A stretch of DNA of 64,000 bases from Thermodesulfobacteriota bacterium (GCA_965215275.1 OZ244044.1:1856001-1920000), one strand, 5' to 3'; counted from the first letter of the stretch, positions 12,732 to 23,586 are shown. The notes: a model not told the origin generated them from the sequence alone. Made by a program: numbers and translations.

Positions 12732-14093
12732 ATGTCAAAAGATAATCAAGCCTTGAAGGAAACTGATAATTTTATGAAAGGTCTTATAATGAGAAATCCC
12801 GGAGAAACAGAATTTCATCAGGCAGTGCAGGAAGTCGTCCATGACCTTATACCGTTCATATTGCAAAATCAGAACTACCAACAGAATCAGATACTTGAAA
12901 GAATAACGGAACCTGACAGAACAGTGATGTTCAGGGTGAGCTGGGAAGACGACAGCGGAAATATCCAGGTAAACAGAGGGTTCAGAGTGCAGTTCAGTAA
13001 CTCTATAGGACCATACAAGGGGGGAATGCGATTTCACCCTTCCGTTAACCTAAGCATATTAAAATTCCTGGGATTCGAGCAGATCTTTAAAAACAGTCTG
13101 ACAGGACTGCCAATGGGTGGTGGCAAAGGAGGTTCGAACTTTAACCCAAAAGGAAAAAGCGACAGGGAGGTCATGCGTTTCTGCCAGTCGTTCATGACGG
13201 AGTTCTACAGACACATTGGCCAGGATACCGATATACCCGCGGGAGATATAGGCGTTGGAGGCAGAGAGATCGGTTACCTGTTCGGTCAGTATAAGAGGAT
13301 TAGGAACGAGTACACCGGAACCCTTACGGGCAAAGGACTGTCATTTGGAGGAAGTCTCGTCAGACAGGAAGCCACTGGCTATGGATGTACTTACTTCTGT
13401 GAAGAGATGCTGAATCACAGAGGCGACAGCCTGAAAGGAAAGACCTGCCTTGTGTCAGGGTCAGGTAACGTTGCACTTTACACAGTTGAAAAGGCAACGG
13501 ATATGGGTGCCAGAGTTGTGACCCTTTCTGATTCTTCGGGATTTATTTACGATAAGAATGGAATAGACGAAGAAAAACTTAACTTTATAAAAGACCTGAA
13601 AGAAGTAAAAAGGGGAAGAATTTCAGAATACGCTGACAATTTTAAAGGGGTCAGTTTTCACAAGAACGAAAAACCGTGGAACATTCCTGCGGACGTGGTA
13701 TTTCCAAGTGCCACGCAGAATGAAATATCACTTGAAGACGCTAAAACCATGTTAAAAAACGGCGTCATTGCGGTCAGCGAAGGAGCAAATATGCCTACCA
13801 CGTTCGAAGGAGCAAGTGAGTTCAGAAATGCCAGGATCCTGTACGGACCTTCCAAAGCCGCTAATGCCGGAGGTGTTGCAGTATCCGGACTTGAGCAAAG
13901 CCAGAACTCCCTTCGTCTTTCATGGTCACGTGAAGAGGTAAACTTAAAACTGCAGGAAATAATGAAAAGCATTCACCGGCAATGTATAGAATATGGTAAT
14001 GAAGGAGATGGGTACATTGACTACGTCAGAGGTGCAAACGTTGGAGGATTCGTAAAGGTTGCAGATTCCATGATCGCTTACGGGATCGTATAA
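12732..14093 (+). CDS. gdhA: NADP-specific glutamate dehydrogenase
   Basis: GPYKGG, GGGKGG, PAGDIGVG, SGSGNVA and KAANAGGV motifs. Confidence 0.97.
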   Translation: MSKDNQALKETDNFMKGLIMRNPGETEFHQAVQEVVHDLIPFILQNQNYQQNQILERITEPDRTVMFRVSWEDDSGNIQVNRGFRVQFSNSIGPYKGGMRFHPSVNLSILKFLGFEQIFKNSLTGLPMGGGKGGSNFNPKGKSDREVMRFCQSFMTEFYRHIGQDTDIPAGDIGVGGREIGYLFGQYKRIRNEYTGTLTGKGLSFGGSLVRQEATGYGCTYFCEEMLNHRGDSLKGKTCLVSGSGNVALYTVEKATDMGARVVTLSDSSGFIYDKNGIDEEKLNFIKDLKEVKRGRISEYADNFKGVSFHKNEKPWNIPADVVFPSATQNEISLEDAKTMLKNGVIAVSEGANMPTTFEGASEFRNARILYGPSKAANAGGVAVSGLEQSQNSLRLSWSREEVNLKLQEIMKSIHRQCIEYGNEGDGYIDYVRGANVGGFVKVADSMIAYGIV

Positions 14094-14171
14094 CTGTATT
14101 TAACCTAAAGTAAGTGGGGAGAATCTGTATTCAGGACAATTTAAGCAGAACTGAACAACTCGGAGAAGAAC

Positions 14172-15644
14172 ATGGCCTTGTTAAAAAAATACAATCCTTT
14201 CATAAACGGGAAAGAAGTTAAACCGTCGGGAGGCAAATACTTTGTGAGAGAAAACCCTGCAACGGAAGAAGAACTTGCCAGAATTGCAGAAGGTAATGAA
14301 AAAGACATTGACAGGGCTGTAAACGCGGCAAGAAAGGCCTTTAAAGGATGGTCGAATGTCACAGCTTCCGAAAGGTCAGGAATCCTGCTGAGGATCGCGG
14401 ACGTTCTTGGAAAAAATCAGAAGCGCCTTGCTTTACTGAACACTCTGGAGACAGGAAAGACCATCAGGGAAAGCATCGCCGTTGAACTTGGAGGTTCGAT
14501 CAGGACTCTTGAGTATTATTCAGGTGCCCATACTCAGCTGAACGGGGAGACCATACCGATAAGCAGGGAACAGTTCTCCATGACCATAAAGGAACCCGTG
14601 GGCGTCGTGGCACATATAATCCCATGGAACTTCCCACTGCTGCTGTCCTTCTGGAAGATCGCACCAGCACTTGCTGCAGGATGTACGGTCGTTTTAAAAC
14701 CCGCGGAACTTACCTCCTGCACTATCATTGAAATAGCCAAGTTATGCTCAAAAGCAGGACTTCCCGATGGGGTACTGAACGTCGTTCCCGGAAAAGGTGA
14801 AGTTGCAGGCTCAGTTCTGGTAAGACATCCCGATATAAATAAAGTGGCGTTCACAGGGTCCACATCGGTAGGGAAAAAAGTTATGCAGGATGCTGCCAAG
14901 TCGGTCAAAAACGTATCTCTGGAACTTGGAGGGAAAGCTCCTTGCATTATCTTTGAAGATGCCGATCTGCAAAACGCCGTGGAGGCATGCCTGAGAGGAG
15001 GTTTCTTCAACCAGGGAGAAAACTGTACCGCGGTCACAAAACTCATGCTCCATAAGAAAATATATAAGAGTTTTTTGGACCTGTACGTTTCAAGGGCAAA
15101 GAAAATAATCGTTGGAGACCCCACGGACCGGGATACTGAAATGGGACCAGTAATATCAAAAGAACACCTTGAAGCTGTTTTAAGCTATATTGACAAAGGC
15201 ATATCAGAGGGAGCAAAAGTAAGAGCAGGAGGAAAAAGCCCCAAGAAATTAAAGAAAGGTTATTATATCAACCCGACCATTTTAGAGAACGTCGACCCAG
15301 AGGCCACAGTAGCCTGTGAGGAAATATTCGGTCCTGTGGTAGCGGTAATACCGTTCAGGGAGGAAGATGAAGCCGTAGAGATAGCAAACGGCACAAAATA
15401 CGGGCTTGCAGGTGGGGTCTGGACAAGGGACATCAATCGTGCAATACGAGTGGCAAAGTCCATAAAGGCCGGGTATTTATGGGTAAACACTTACGGCGGG
15501 ATCATCCCTCAGACCCCATACGGAGGTTTCAAACAAAGCGGTATTGGAAAAGAACTTGGAAAAGAGGGAATTGAAAACTACCTTGAGACCAAAACGATCA
15601 ATATCTACACAGGTGATTCAATACCGAAATGGTATAAAGGATAA
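14172..15644 (+). CDS. Aldehyde dehydrogenase
   Basis: PWNFP, FTGS, LELGGK, catalytic Cys in GENCTA, and EEIFGP. Confidence 0.95.
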   Translation: MALLKKYNPFINGKEVKPSGGKYFVRENPATEEELARIAEGNEKDIDRAVNAARKAFKGWSNVTASERSGILLRIADVLGKNQKRLALLNTLETGKTIRESIAVELGGSIRTLEYYSGAHTQLNGETIPISREQFSMTIKEPVGVVAHIIPWNFPLLLSFWKIAPALAAGCTVVLKPAELTSCTIIEIAKLCSKAGLPDGVLNVVPGKGEVAGSVLVRHPDINKVAFTGSTSVGKKVMQDAAKSVKNVSLELGGKAPCIIFEDADLQNAVEACLRGGFFNQGENCTAVTKLMLHKKIYKSFLDLYVSRAKKIIVGDPTDRDTEMGPVISKEHLEAVLSYIDKGISEGAKVRAGGKSPKKLKKGYYINPTILENVDPEATVACEEIFGPVVAVIPFREEDEAVEIANGTKYGLAGGVWTRDINRAIRVAKSIKAGYLWVNTYGGIIPQTPYGGFKQSGIGKELGKEGIENYLETKTINIYTGDSIPKWYKG

Positions 15645-15830
15645 AGCGGAGACAAACTCCAGGAACTACATACATAAGGGGATTTTATATTTAATCAGCC
15701 AGGATCAAAACTGATCTGATCTATAAATATAAAAACTGCGTTTTATTACCTTGATCTTCTTGAATTATACAAAAGCTTAATTTACAATAGTCGTTTTTGC
15801 TGTAGTATTTCAGCAGTTTTATCTTATAAA

Positions 15831-16772
15831 ATGGAAAATACAAGAATATTTAGCGGAACGGCGAACCAGCCACTGGCCGAGAACGTCTGTAAATACCTGG
15901 ACGTGGAACTGGGAAAACTGGAAGTGAGACGTTTCAGCGATGGAGAGGTTTTTGCAGATATTTCGGAAAGCGTAAGGAAGAAAGACACATTCATTATCCA
16001 GCCGACCTGCCCTCCGGTCAATGAAAATCTTATGGAACTTCTGATAATCACCGATGCCCTTAAAAGAGCTTCTGCCGGAAGTATATACGCCGTTATACCT
16101 TATTATGGCTATGCCAGGCAGGACAGAAAAGTGTTACCAAGAGCACCTATTACCGCAAAGCTGGTCGCCAACATCATAGTTGGAGCAGGTATAAGAAGGG
16201 TAATAACGGTAGACCTTCACGCCGGACAGATACAGGGGTTCTTCAACGTTCCAGTGGACCACTTGTACGGATTTCCGGTCTTAATGAAATACTTACGAGA
16301 GAAGTATGGCGATGAAAAGCTGGTTATAGTTTCGCCCGACGCCGGAGGCGTGGAAAGAGCAAGAAGGTACGCCAACGGACTGGGAGCCGAACTTGCAATG
16401 GCGGATAAAAGAAGAACAGGGCCAAACGTTGCTGAAATATCCTACGTAATAGGGGACGTTAAGGATAAAACGGCAATAATAGTCGATGATATAGTCGATA
16501 CGGCAAGAACCGCCACATTAGCGGCCAGGATCCTAATGGAAGAAGGGGCAAAAGAAGTGGTTCTGTGCTGCACTCACGGCGTTCTTTCCGGACAGGCAAT
16601 TGACAGAATAAACGACTCTCACTTTGGTGAAGTAATAATAACTAATTCCATTCCACAGCATGAAAACCAAAAAAAATGTAATAAAATAAAAGTTCTCGGA
16701 CTTGCTGATCTGCTTGGCGAATCGATCAAAAGGATAGTTTCAGGCGAATCGATCAGTTCACTTTTCAACTAA
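15831..16772 (+). CDS. prs: Ribose-phosphate pyrophosphokinase
   Basis: FSDGE, YARQDRK, DLHAGQIQGFF, VSPDAGG and VDDIVDT motifs. Confidence 0.97.
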   Translation: MENTRIFSGTANQPLAENVCKYLDVELGKLEVRRFSDGEVFADISESVRKKDTFIIQPTCPPVNENLMELLIITDALKRASAGSIYAVIPYYGYARQDRKVLPRAPITAKLVANIIVGAGIRRVITVDLHAGQIQGFFNVPVDHLYGFPVLMKYLREKYGDEKLVIVSPDAGGVERARRYANGLGAELAMADKRRTGPNVAEISYVIGDVKDKTAIIVDDIVDTARTATLAARILMEEGAKEVVLCCTHGVLSGQAIDRINDSHFGEVIITNSIPQHENQKKCNKIKVLGLADLLGESIKRIVSGESISSLFN

Positions 16773-16782
16773 GGAGCTTTAC

Positions 16783-17436
16783 ATGGCAAGAAGCACGTTA
16801 AAAGTAAAAAAAAGGTTAAGACTTGGTAAGACAGGCTCAAGACAGGTCAGAAAAGAAGGAAAGATCCCAGCGATCATATACGGTAAGGGAATGGAATCCA
16901 TTCCTTTAATTATTGATCCGGCCGAATTAAAAGGGTCTCTTGACACAGATACCGGAAAAAACACCTTGCTTGATCTTGAAATTGAGACTGAAGGCGAAAA
17001 GATCAGTAAGTTAGGGCTCTTAAAGGACATACAGTTAGACTATATAACGCAAAAACCCATCCATCTTGATTTTCAGGTAATAGATGCTGAGGACAAGGTT
17101 ACAGTAAACGTTCCATTGAACCTGACCGGACGTGCTCTGGGGATCAAGGAAGGCGGGATACTGGAACAGAACATAAGAGAAATAACCGTTGAATGCCTGC
17201 CTGAAAATATACCGCCGGTCATTGAATTTGATATTTCAGATATGCAACTGGGAGATGTTCTGCATATCAGCGATATAAACTTCCCTGAAGGAATTGAAAC
17301 TTTAATAAGTGCCGACAGTCTGGCAGCAAGCATTCAAACGCCAAGAGGAATGGTTACCGACGTGTCTTCAGAAGATACAGAACAGGAGGAGGAAGGAGAA
17401 TCAGAAGAAGCCCCAGTTGAAGAAAAGACCGAATAA
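16783..17436 (+). CDS. rplY: 50S ribosomal protein L25 / Ctc
   Basis: IPAIIYG and HLDF motifs, GIKEGG; lies between prs and pth. Confidence 0.95.
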   Translation: MARSTLKVKKRLRLGKTGSRQVRKEGKIPAIIYGKGMESIPLIIDPAELKGSLDTDTGKNTLLDLEIETEGEKISKLGLLKDIQLDYITQKPIHLDFQVIDAEDKVTVNVPLNLTGRALGIKEGGILEQNIREITVECLPENIPPVIEFDISDMQLGDVLHISDINFPEGIETLISADSLAASIQTPRGMVTDVSSEDTEQEEEGESEEAPVEEKTE

Positions 17437-17471
17437 GGCTTCTGACCGTAACGTAACGATTACAAAATTTG

Positions 17472-18044
17472 ATGGATTTTTTGATAGTTGGTATCGGCAA
17501 TCCCGGGAAAAAATATGAAGGAACCAGACATAACGTAGGATTTATGGTACTGGACAGTTTCTCGGAAAAAACCGGAATAAATATCTCACGACCAGGGTTC
17601 AAAGGATTATACGGAAAGGGAAAATATCTGAACAATACGCTTTATCTCTTAAAACCTCAGACCTTTATGAATAAAAGTGGTGAATCAGTGAAAGAGATGA
17701 AAAATTTTTATAAAATACCATCAGAGCAGATGATCGTCGTTCATGATGAACTGGACGTCAGTCTTGGAAACATGAAGATCAAAGCAGGTGGTGGAACTGC
17801 CGGACATAACGGTCTTGACTCAATAAAAACACTCACAGGCAGTTTGGATTTTTTAAGAATACGAATTGGAATTGGAAAACCGGACGTTAAAAGCAAAACG
17901 GTCGGACACGTGCTTTCTCCCTTCGGCAAAGAAGAGAGGACTTTATTAAACGAGACAGTGAAAAGAGCAACTGATGCGCTTACCGAAATAGTTTCCAGCG
18001 GCGCATACAGTGCAATGAACAAATACAATAACACCTTACAATAA
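17472..18044 (+). CDS. pth: Peptidyl-tRNA hydrolase
   Basis: GNPG..Y..TRHNVGF, KPQTFMN, HDELD and GHNG motifs. Confidence 0.97.
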   Translation: MDFLIVGIGNPGKKYEGTRHNVGFMVLDSFSEKTGINISRPGFKGLYGKGKYLNNTLYLLKPQTFMNKSGESVKEMKNFYKIPSEQMIVVHDELDVSLGNMKIKAGGGTAGHNGLDSIKTLTGSLDFLRIRIGIGKPDVKSKTVGHVLSPFGKEERTLLNETVKRATDALTEIVSSGAYSAMNKYNNTLQ

Positions 18045-18076
18045 AATTACATTAGTTCAAAAGGAGGAACTTTCAG

Positions 18077-20140
18077 ATGGGTGAAACAGGTCAGATACTA
18101 GCCAGCTATGCAGCAATTGTGGTAGGAGTCATTGTACTGGCTTATGCTTTTATGGTTTACAGAAGCATACAGATACTGCCGGAAGGCAGTGATAAAATGC
18201 GTGAGATCGCAGCTGCAATTTATGAAGGAGCAATGGTGTTTCTCAAAAGAGAATATCAGATCATAGCCGTATTTGTCGTGATAGTTTTTATATTACTCGC
18301 AATTTCAATTAACTTTGAAACCGCAATTGCCTACTTGGGAGGTGCAACGTGTTCTATACTGGCTGGGTTTTTCGGTATGAAGGCAGCGACCACAGCAAAC
18401 GTAAGAACTGCCCATGCCGCTTCCACCAGCGGACAGGGACGAGCTCTTGAAGTCGCATTCAAGGGAGGGAACGTTATGGGGCTCTCGGTAGCAGGTTTGG
18501 GACTTCTTGGAATATCAGTGGCTTTTCTTCTTGGAATTACCGTTGCAGAACTGCCCGGGGAGCAAGCCATGCTGAAGGGAGTTTTAACTGATTTTGGAGG
18601 GATGATCGGTGGATTTGCCATGGGAGCCAGTACGGTTGCACTGTTTGCAAGGATCGGAGGTGGTATATACACCAAGGGTGCCGACGTCGGTGCCGATCTC
18701 GTGGGAAAAGTAGAAGCGGGCATTCCCGAAGACGACCCTAGAAATCCTGCAACGATCGCCGACAACGTGGGGGATAACGTGGGGGACGTGGCAGGAATGG
18801 GTGCTGACCTGTTCGAATCTTATGTGGGAGCAGTGATTGCCACTATTGTTATTGCCGCGACCATGGAAAACAATCAGGTCGCACTGATGGCAATTCCAGT
18901 GATCCTGATAACTATCGGAAGCCTCTCATCCCTTATCGGAGCAAAATCAGTTGGGTGGTTTAAAAATCTGGACCCTCAGATCGTACTGCGAAGAGCGACC
19001 ATGTATTCAGGTATTGCCTATCTTGGACTTTCATTACTGGTACTGATCATAATGGCAGGATTAGATGGTATAGACCTTAAACGGATACTGGGAATTTACG
19101 GAGCCTCTGTGCTTGGTCTTGCAGCAGGCATACTGATCGGAAGAGTTACGGAATATTACACCTCGGGAACACCTATAAAAAAGATCGCAGACGCTTCTCA
19201 GACGGGTGTTGCAACGAACATAATAGAAGGTCTGGCAGTTGGAATGATCAGCACCACGATCCCCGTGCTCACAATTGCCGTCGCGATCGGTATTTCATTT
19301 CTGTTTGCCGGCTTATACGGAATTGGGATCGCGGCAGTAAGCATGCTTGCAACCATTGGAATAACAATGTCCATTGACGCGTACGGACCGGTTGCCGATA
19401 ATGCCGGAGGTATTGCAGAGATGTCCGAACTGGGCGAAGACGTGAGAAAGACCACCGACAAACTGGACTCCTTGGGAAATACAACCGCCGCTATAGGTAA
19501 AGGATTCGCAATTGGTTCCGCCGCTCTTGCCGCACTCGCACTTTTCTCAGCTTATGTAAAAGCGGTTGGACTGGATTCTATCAACATTACGAACAGCAAC
19601 GTCGTTGCGGGAATGCTCGTCGGAGGTACCGTACCTTTCTTACTTGCTGCACTCACGATGGGTGCAGTTGGCAGAACCGCTCAGAAGATGGTTTCAGAAG
19701 TCAGAAGACAGTTCAGGGATATAAGCGGCCTGCTCGAAGGTAAGGAAGGAGTAAAAGCAGATTATGCAAGATGTGTGGCAATAAGCACGGACGCCTCACT
19801 CAGGGAAATGATAATTCCCGGGGTTATTGCAGTGGTTGCACCTCTGGTCATAGGGTTCGTACTCGGTCCCGAAGCCCTGGGCGGATTTCTGGCTGGAGCA
19901 GTTGTTTCAGGTGTAATGCTGGCACTCATGATGGCAAATGCTGGAGGTGCCTGGGATAATGCTAAAAAGTATATAGAAGAAGGAAACATGGGAGGTAAAG
20001 GTTCAGACGCACATAAGGCAGCGGTCGTAGGTGATACTATCGGTGACCCTTTTAAGGATACATCCGGACCAGCCATGAACATCCTTATTAAGCTGATGTC
20101 AATTGTATCCCTTGTAGTTGCACCACTGCTTTTGACTTAA
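18077..20140 (+). CDS. hppA: Membrane-integral pyrophosphatase, K+-dependent, probably Na+-translocating
   Basis: [26 protein letters not shown] (Ala, the K+-dependent type) and DLFESY. Confidence 0.93.
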   Translation: MGETGQILASYAAIVVGVIVLAYAFMVYRSIQILPEGSDKMREIAAAIYEGAMVFLKREYQIIAVFVVIVFILLAISINFETAIAYLGGATCSILAGFFGMKAATTANVRTAHAASTSGQGRALEVAFKGGNVMGLSVAGLGLLGISVAFLLGITVAELPGEQAMLKGVLTDFGGMIGGFAMGASTVALFARIGGGIYTKGADVGADLVGKVEAGIPEDDPRNPATIADNVGDNVGDVAGMGADLFESYVGAVIATIVIAATMENNQVALMAIPVILITIGSLSSLIGAKSVGWFKNLDPQIVLRRATMYSGIAYLGLSLLVLIIMAGLDGIDLKRILGIYGASVLGLAAGILIGRVTEYYTSGTPIKKIADASQTGVATNIIEGLAVGMISTTIPVLTIAVAIGISFLFAGLYGIGIAAVSMLATIGITMSIDAYGPVADNAGGIAEMSELGEDVRKTTDKLDSLGNTTAAIGKGFAIGSAALAALALFSAYVKAVGLDSINITNSNVVAGMLVGGTVPFLLAALTMGAVGRTAQKMVSEVRRQFRDISGLLEGKEGVKADYARCVAISTDASLREMIIPGVIAVVAPLVIGFVLGPEALGGFLAGAVVSGVMLALMMANAGGAWDNAKKYIEEGNMGGKGSDAHKAAVVGDTIGDPFKDTSGPAMNILIKLMSIVSLVVAPLLLT

Positions 20141-20160
20141 CTGCGTCAGGAAGGGAATTT

Positions 20161-20189
20161 TATACTGTGTTATTGTTTTACACAGTATA
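20161..20189. repeat. 10-bp inverted repeat after hppA (terminator or operator)
   Basis: TATACTGTGT-N9-ACACAGTATA. Confidence 0.5.
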
Positions 20190-20207
20190 TTGAGATTATA
20201 ATAATGA

Positions 20208-20253
20208 CTTGTCGCTCTGAGTTATTCTCAGGGAAAAAACCAAGACAGGAGGT
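20208..20253 (+). promoter_or_regulatory. Putative S6:S18-binding leader RNA
   Basis: Outer stem TGTC/GACA next to the RBS, inner hairpin CTGAG/CTCAG and an unpaired CCA, directly upstream of rpsF. Confidence 0.5.
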
Positions 20254-20260
20254 ATTTTTA

Positions 20261-20713
20261 ATGGCAACAAAGCCAAATACTTATGAAACCTTATATCTGG
20301 TAAGACCAGATATGGAGACTGACAAATTAACTGCCCTGCAGGAAAGATTAAACAAAACGATCACCGCCAATCAAGGCGAGATAAAAAAGAATGAAAAATG
20401 GGAAGAAAGAAACCTTGCTTACCCTATCAATAAATATAACAAAGGGTCTTATTATATATTAATATACAAGGCCCTTCCAACGGTCATCTCCGACCTGGAA
20501 AAACTGTTTAATTTAAACAAGTCTGATGTTCTCAGATTTATGACCACCCTGAACGAAGAAGAGCAGTTGCAGGTACAGGAAAAAACGAGCAGAGATTCCA
20601 CTGAAGATCAGAACATCTCCGTGTTTCAATCCGCTGTCAATGCTCAGAGCGAACCTGTAAAGTCTGAAAACACCAACGAAAATACCGAAACCGTAATGGG
20701 AGGTAATAATTAA
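20261..20713 (+). CDS. rpsF: 30S ribosomal protein S6 with low-complexity C-terminal extension
   Basis: YETLYLVRPD, W..RNLAYPINK and VLRFM motifs; RBS AGGAGG. Confidence 0.95.
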   Translation: MATKPNTYETLYLVRPDMETDKLTALQERLNKTITANQGEIKKNEKWEERNLAYPINKYNKGSYYILIYKALPTVISDLEKLFNLNKSDVLRFMTTLNEEEQLQVQEKTSRDSTEDQNISVFQSAVNAQSEPVKSENTNENTETVMGGNN

Positions 20714-20950
20714 ATGAAACAATCAGAAAGAAGATATAATTTCCGGAAGCGAAAATCCCGCAACCTGGCCAAGGAAGGAAAGAAGATCGATTACAAAGAT
20801 GTTGATCTGCTGTCGCAATTCATTACTGAGAGAAAAAAGATCATGCCAAGAAGGACTACGGGCCTGAATGCAAAAGAGCAGAGAAAGATAGCACAAGCCA
20901 TAAAACGTGCCCGGTTCATGGCACTGCTTCCTTATACCGTACTGCATTAA
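20714..20950 (+). CDS. rpsR: 30S ribosomal protein S18 (no Zn-binding Cys)
   Basis: [18 protein letters not shown] and [13 protein letters not shown] motifs. Confidence 0.97.
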   Translation: MKQSERRYNFRKRKSRNLAKEGKKIDYKDVDLLSQFITERKKIMPRRTTGLNAKEQRKIAQAIKRARFMALLPYTVLH

Positions 20951-20965
20951 AATCGGAGGAATAAG

Positions 20966-21433
20966 ATGAAAGTGCTTTTTATAGACAACGTTGAGAACGT
21001 GGGAAAGAGAGGAGATATAAAAGAGGTCAAGGATGGATTTGCCCGAAATCATCTTCTGCCAAAGAACTTTGCAATAAGAGCTACAAATTCCAACATAAAA
21101 TCGTGGGAAAAAAGGCTTCATGCATTAAAGCTGCAGGATACGAAAATCCTTGAAGACGCACAGGTAATAGCCAACTCTCTGCAGAACACGACCATTACAA
21201 TTACAGCCAGAGCGGGTGAGGAAGATAAATTATTTGGTTCGGTAAACTCTCAGAATATAGCGGACTCGTTAAATGCAGAAGGACACAATATCTCCAGAAA
21301 AGACATTCAGATCAAGGAACCGATAAAAAAACTCGGAGAATATAGCATTGCCGTGAAAATACATCCCGAGGTAACGGCAAGTATTGCTCTTAAGGTCGTA
21401 AAAGAAGATGAAGTCAAGAGCGAAGAGCAGTGA
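20966..21433 (+). CDS. rplI: 50S ribosomal protein L9
   Basis: GKRGDIKEVKDGFARNHLLP, KLFGSV and PIKKLG motifs. Confidence 0.97.
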   Translation: MKVLFIDNVENVGKRGDIKEVKDGFARNHLLPKNFAIRATNSNIKSWEKRLHALKLQDTKILEDAQVIANSLQNTTITITARAGEEDKLFGSVNSQNIADSLNAEGHNISRKDIQIKEPIKKLGEYSIAVKIHPEVTASIALKVVKEDEVKSEEQ

Positions 21434-21564
21434 ACTCCTTAAGTGAATCTTTACTTTTCGTATCCATTACCAGAAGACGTGGAGTGAACCCCAGGTAAGC
21501 ATTGAATTAATGTTGAGGTATGATATAGTCTGGGGTTTTTAAGTTATCCGGAGGAATAATATTA

Positions 21565-22374
21565 ATGTCAGATAATCAAGAAAAAACAGCATTCGCTCCC
21601 ATTGGAGAAAAAGAAGTGACCCGTGCTATTGTTGAAGGGTTCGCGAATGAGTTTAATGAATATATTGAAAGCGACGTCATTGTTGTGGGAGCTGGTCCAA
21701 GTGGACTGGTAGCAGCCAAGGATATAGCCAAGAAAAAGTATAAGGTCTTACTTGTGGAAAGAATGAACTATCTAGGTGGAGGTTTCTGGATCGGTGGTTA
21801 TCTGATGAATAAAGTCACCGTCAGAGCCCCTGGACAGATGGTCCTTGATGAAATTGAAGTGCCATACGAAGAGGTCTCAGATGGACTGTTCGTTTCAGAC
21901 GGACCTTACGCCTGCTCTAAATTAATTGCCACGACGTGTGAGGCCGGGGCCAAGATCAGGAACATGACCATGTTCGATGACCTCGTATACAGAGAAAACG
22001 GAAGAGTTGCAGGTATTGTCATAAACTGGACACCGATCGCAAATATGCCAAAAGAGATCACGTGCCTTGACCCAATAGCAATTGAGTCTAAACTGGTAAT
22101 TGATGCAACTGGCCACGATGCCTATCTCGTATCCAGACTTTCTCAACAGGGTCTGTATAATAAACTGCCGGGACACGGTTCTATGTGGGTTGAAAAATCC
22201 GAAGAGGCATTAGTTGAATACACGGGAGAAGTTCATCCCGGCTTAATAGCCTGTGGAATGTCCGTAAACACCACTTATGGCTTACCGAGAATGGGACCCA
22301 CGTTCGGTGGAATGCTCCTGTCAGGAAAGAAAGCCGCCGAAGTAGCGGTCAATATCCTTAAAGAAATGGATTAG
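21565..22374 (+). CDS. thi4: THI4-family thiazole synthase (Cys type)
   Basis: VGAGPSGL, GGGFWIGG, TCLDP, DATGHD and PRMGPTFGGMLLSG motifs. Confidence 0.93.
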   Translation: MSDNQEKTAFAPIGEKEVTRAIVEGFANEFNEYIESDVIVVGAGPSGLVAAKDIAKKKYKVLLVERMNYLGGGFWIGGYLMNKVTVRAPGQMVLDEIEVPYEEVSDGLFVSDGPYACSKLIATTCEAGAKIRNMTMFDDLVYRENGRVAGIVINWTPIANMPKEITCLDPIAIESKLVIDATGHDAYLVSRLSQQGLYNKLPGHGSMWVEKSEEALVEYTGEVHPGLIACGMSVNTTYGLPRMGPTFGGMLLSGKKAAEVAVNILKEMD

Positions 22375-23132
22375 CGTTCGTTACGAAGCGATCTGCTGCA
22401 TCTATCGCAGACAACTTTTTTACACTGCAGAGCCAGCACTTCTTCCTGCCAGTGCGAATTATAAAGGCAACAGTTCGTGTTCTCGCAGAAAGGGATTCCG
22501 TCGATCCTGTTCTTGATCTGCTGAAGAGCATAGGAGCAAACGATTTCTGTCATCCTGTGATCATCGTAATCAATAAACCTGTCTTTATAGATCTCATCCA
22601 GCTTGTCAGTTTTTTTACCCATGCCGAGAAGGTTGGCCTTTACAAAATAGTATTCCCGCGGCCTCGCCGGTGCCTCAACGATACCAGAAGTGGATATTAA
22701 TGACGGTTCCCCAGTCAGAAGGACCCTTGCATGATATCTTTTATTTTCGTAAGTACCGAACAGCTTGCCGGTTATGGTCAAATGCAAGTGCCTGTCGGAA
22801 AGATCCACGAGCGGATTTTTAAACATATATGAAAACAACCTTCTTTGAAGCCAGTAGCCATCTATAAAATCCTCTCTTACGTCCAGATCGGCACCATTAT
22901 CGATATCTTCTTTACTGATGAGGTCATCCAGAGGCCTTTCCAGATCTCTTATTTTTATGGTTTTTATATAGTCATCAAGATCATGCAGTTCTCTCTTATC
23001 TAATCTCAGATAGTTAAAAAAATCACCCCTGTTAATTACCTGAAAATCGAAACCGTTTAAAAGGAAGGCTTTTAACTTATCTACGTTGAAGGACTTTGAC
23101 GGTCTGTCAGTATAAAGGAATACCTTAATCAT
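22371..23132 (-). CDS. Conserved hypothetical protein, putative metallopeptidase-like (DUF6775-like)
   Basis: RYHARV, ISTSGIVEAPARPREYY and a Cys cluster FCENTNCCLYNSHWQ...CDRC. Family recognised from memory. Confidence 0.6.
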   Translation of the reverse strand: MIKVFLYTDRPSKSFNVDKLKAFLLNGFDFQVINRGDFFNYLRLDKRELHDLDDYIKTIKIRDLERPLDDLISKEDIDNGADLDVREDFIDGYWLQRRLFSYMFKNPLVDLSDRHLHLTITGKLFGTYENKRYHARVLLTGEPSLISTSGIVEAPARPREYYFVKANLLGMGKKTDKLDEIYKDRFIDYDDHRMTEIVCSYALQQIKNRIDGIPFCENTNCCLYNSHWQEEVLALQCKKVVCDRCSRSLRNER

Positions 23133-23586
23133 TAAGCTCAGCTATTATTTCCACCTCAACCGGGGAATTCATAGGAAGCCCCGGTACGCCCGTTACGGCT
23201 CTGGCATGTACGCCCTTTCTGCCAAATACCTCATAATACAAGTCAGAAGCACCATTTATTACACTTGCCTGATCATAAAAACCCTTTGAACATGCAACGT
23301 AACCGGTAACCTTGACTATCTGCTCAACCCTGCTTAAATCACCTGTTTCATCTTTTATTATGCTCAAAGAATTGATCGCACATTGCCTTGAAGCTTTTAT
23401 TGCCTGCTCCAGTGACACATCAGAACCAACTTTGCCTTCAAAAAGCAACTTCCCGTCCTTGATCGGTAGCTGACCTGATATGAAAAGCAGATTACCCGAA
23501 ACAACAGATGGTCTGTAAGAACCAAGAGGTCTGGGAGAGGCGTCCAGAACAATTCCAAGTGATTTCAGTTTTTTTTCAATGCTCAT
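23125..23586 (-). CDS. RidA/YjgF family protein
   Basis: LFISGQLP, NGASDL, HARAV and LPMNSPVEVE motifs. Confidence 0.93.
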   Translation of the reverse strand: MSIEKKLKSLGIVLDASPRPLGSYRPSVVSGNLLFISGQLPIKDGKLLFEGKVGSDVSLEQAIKASRQCAINSLSIIKDETGDLSRVEQIVKVTGYVACSKGFYDQASVINGASDLYYEVFGRKGVHARAVTGVPGLPMNSPVEVEIIAELND

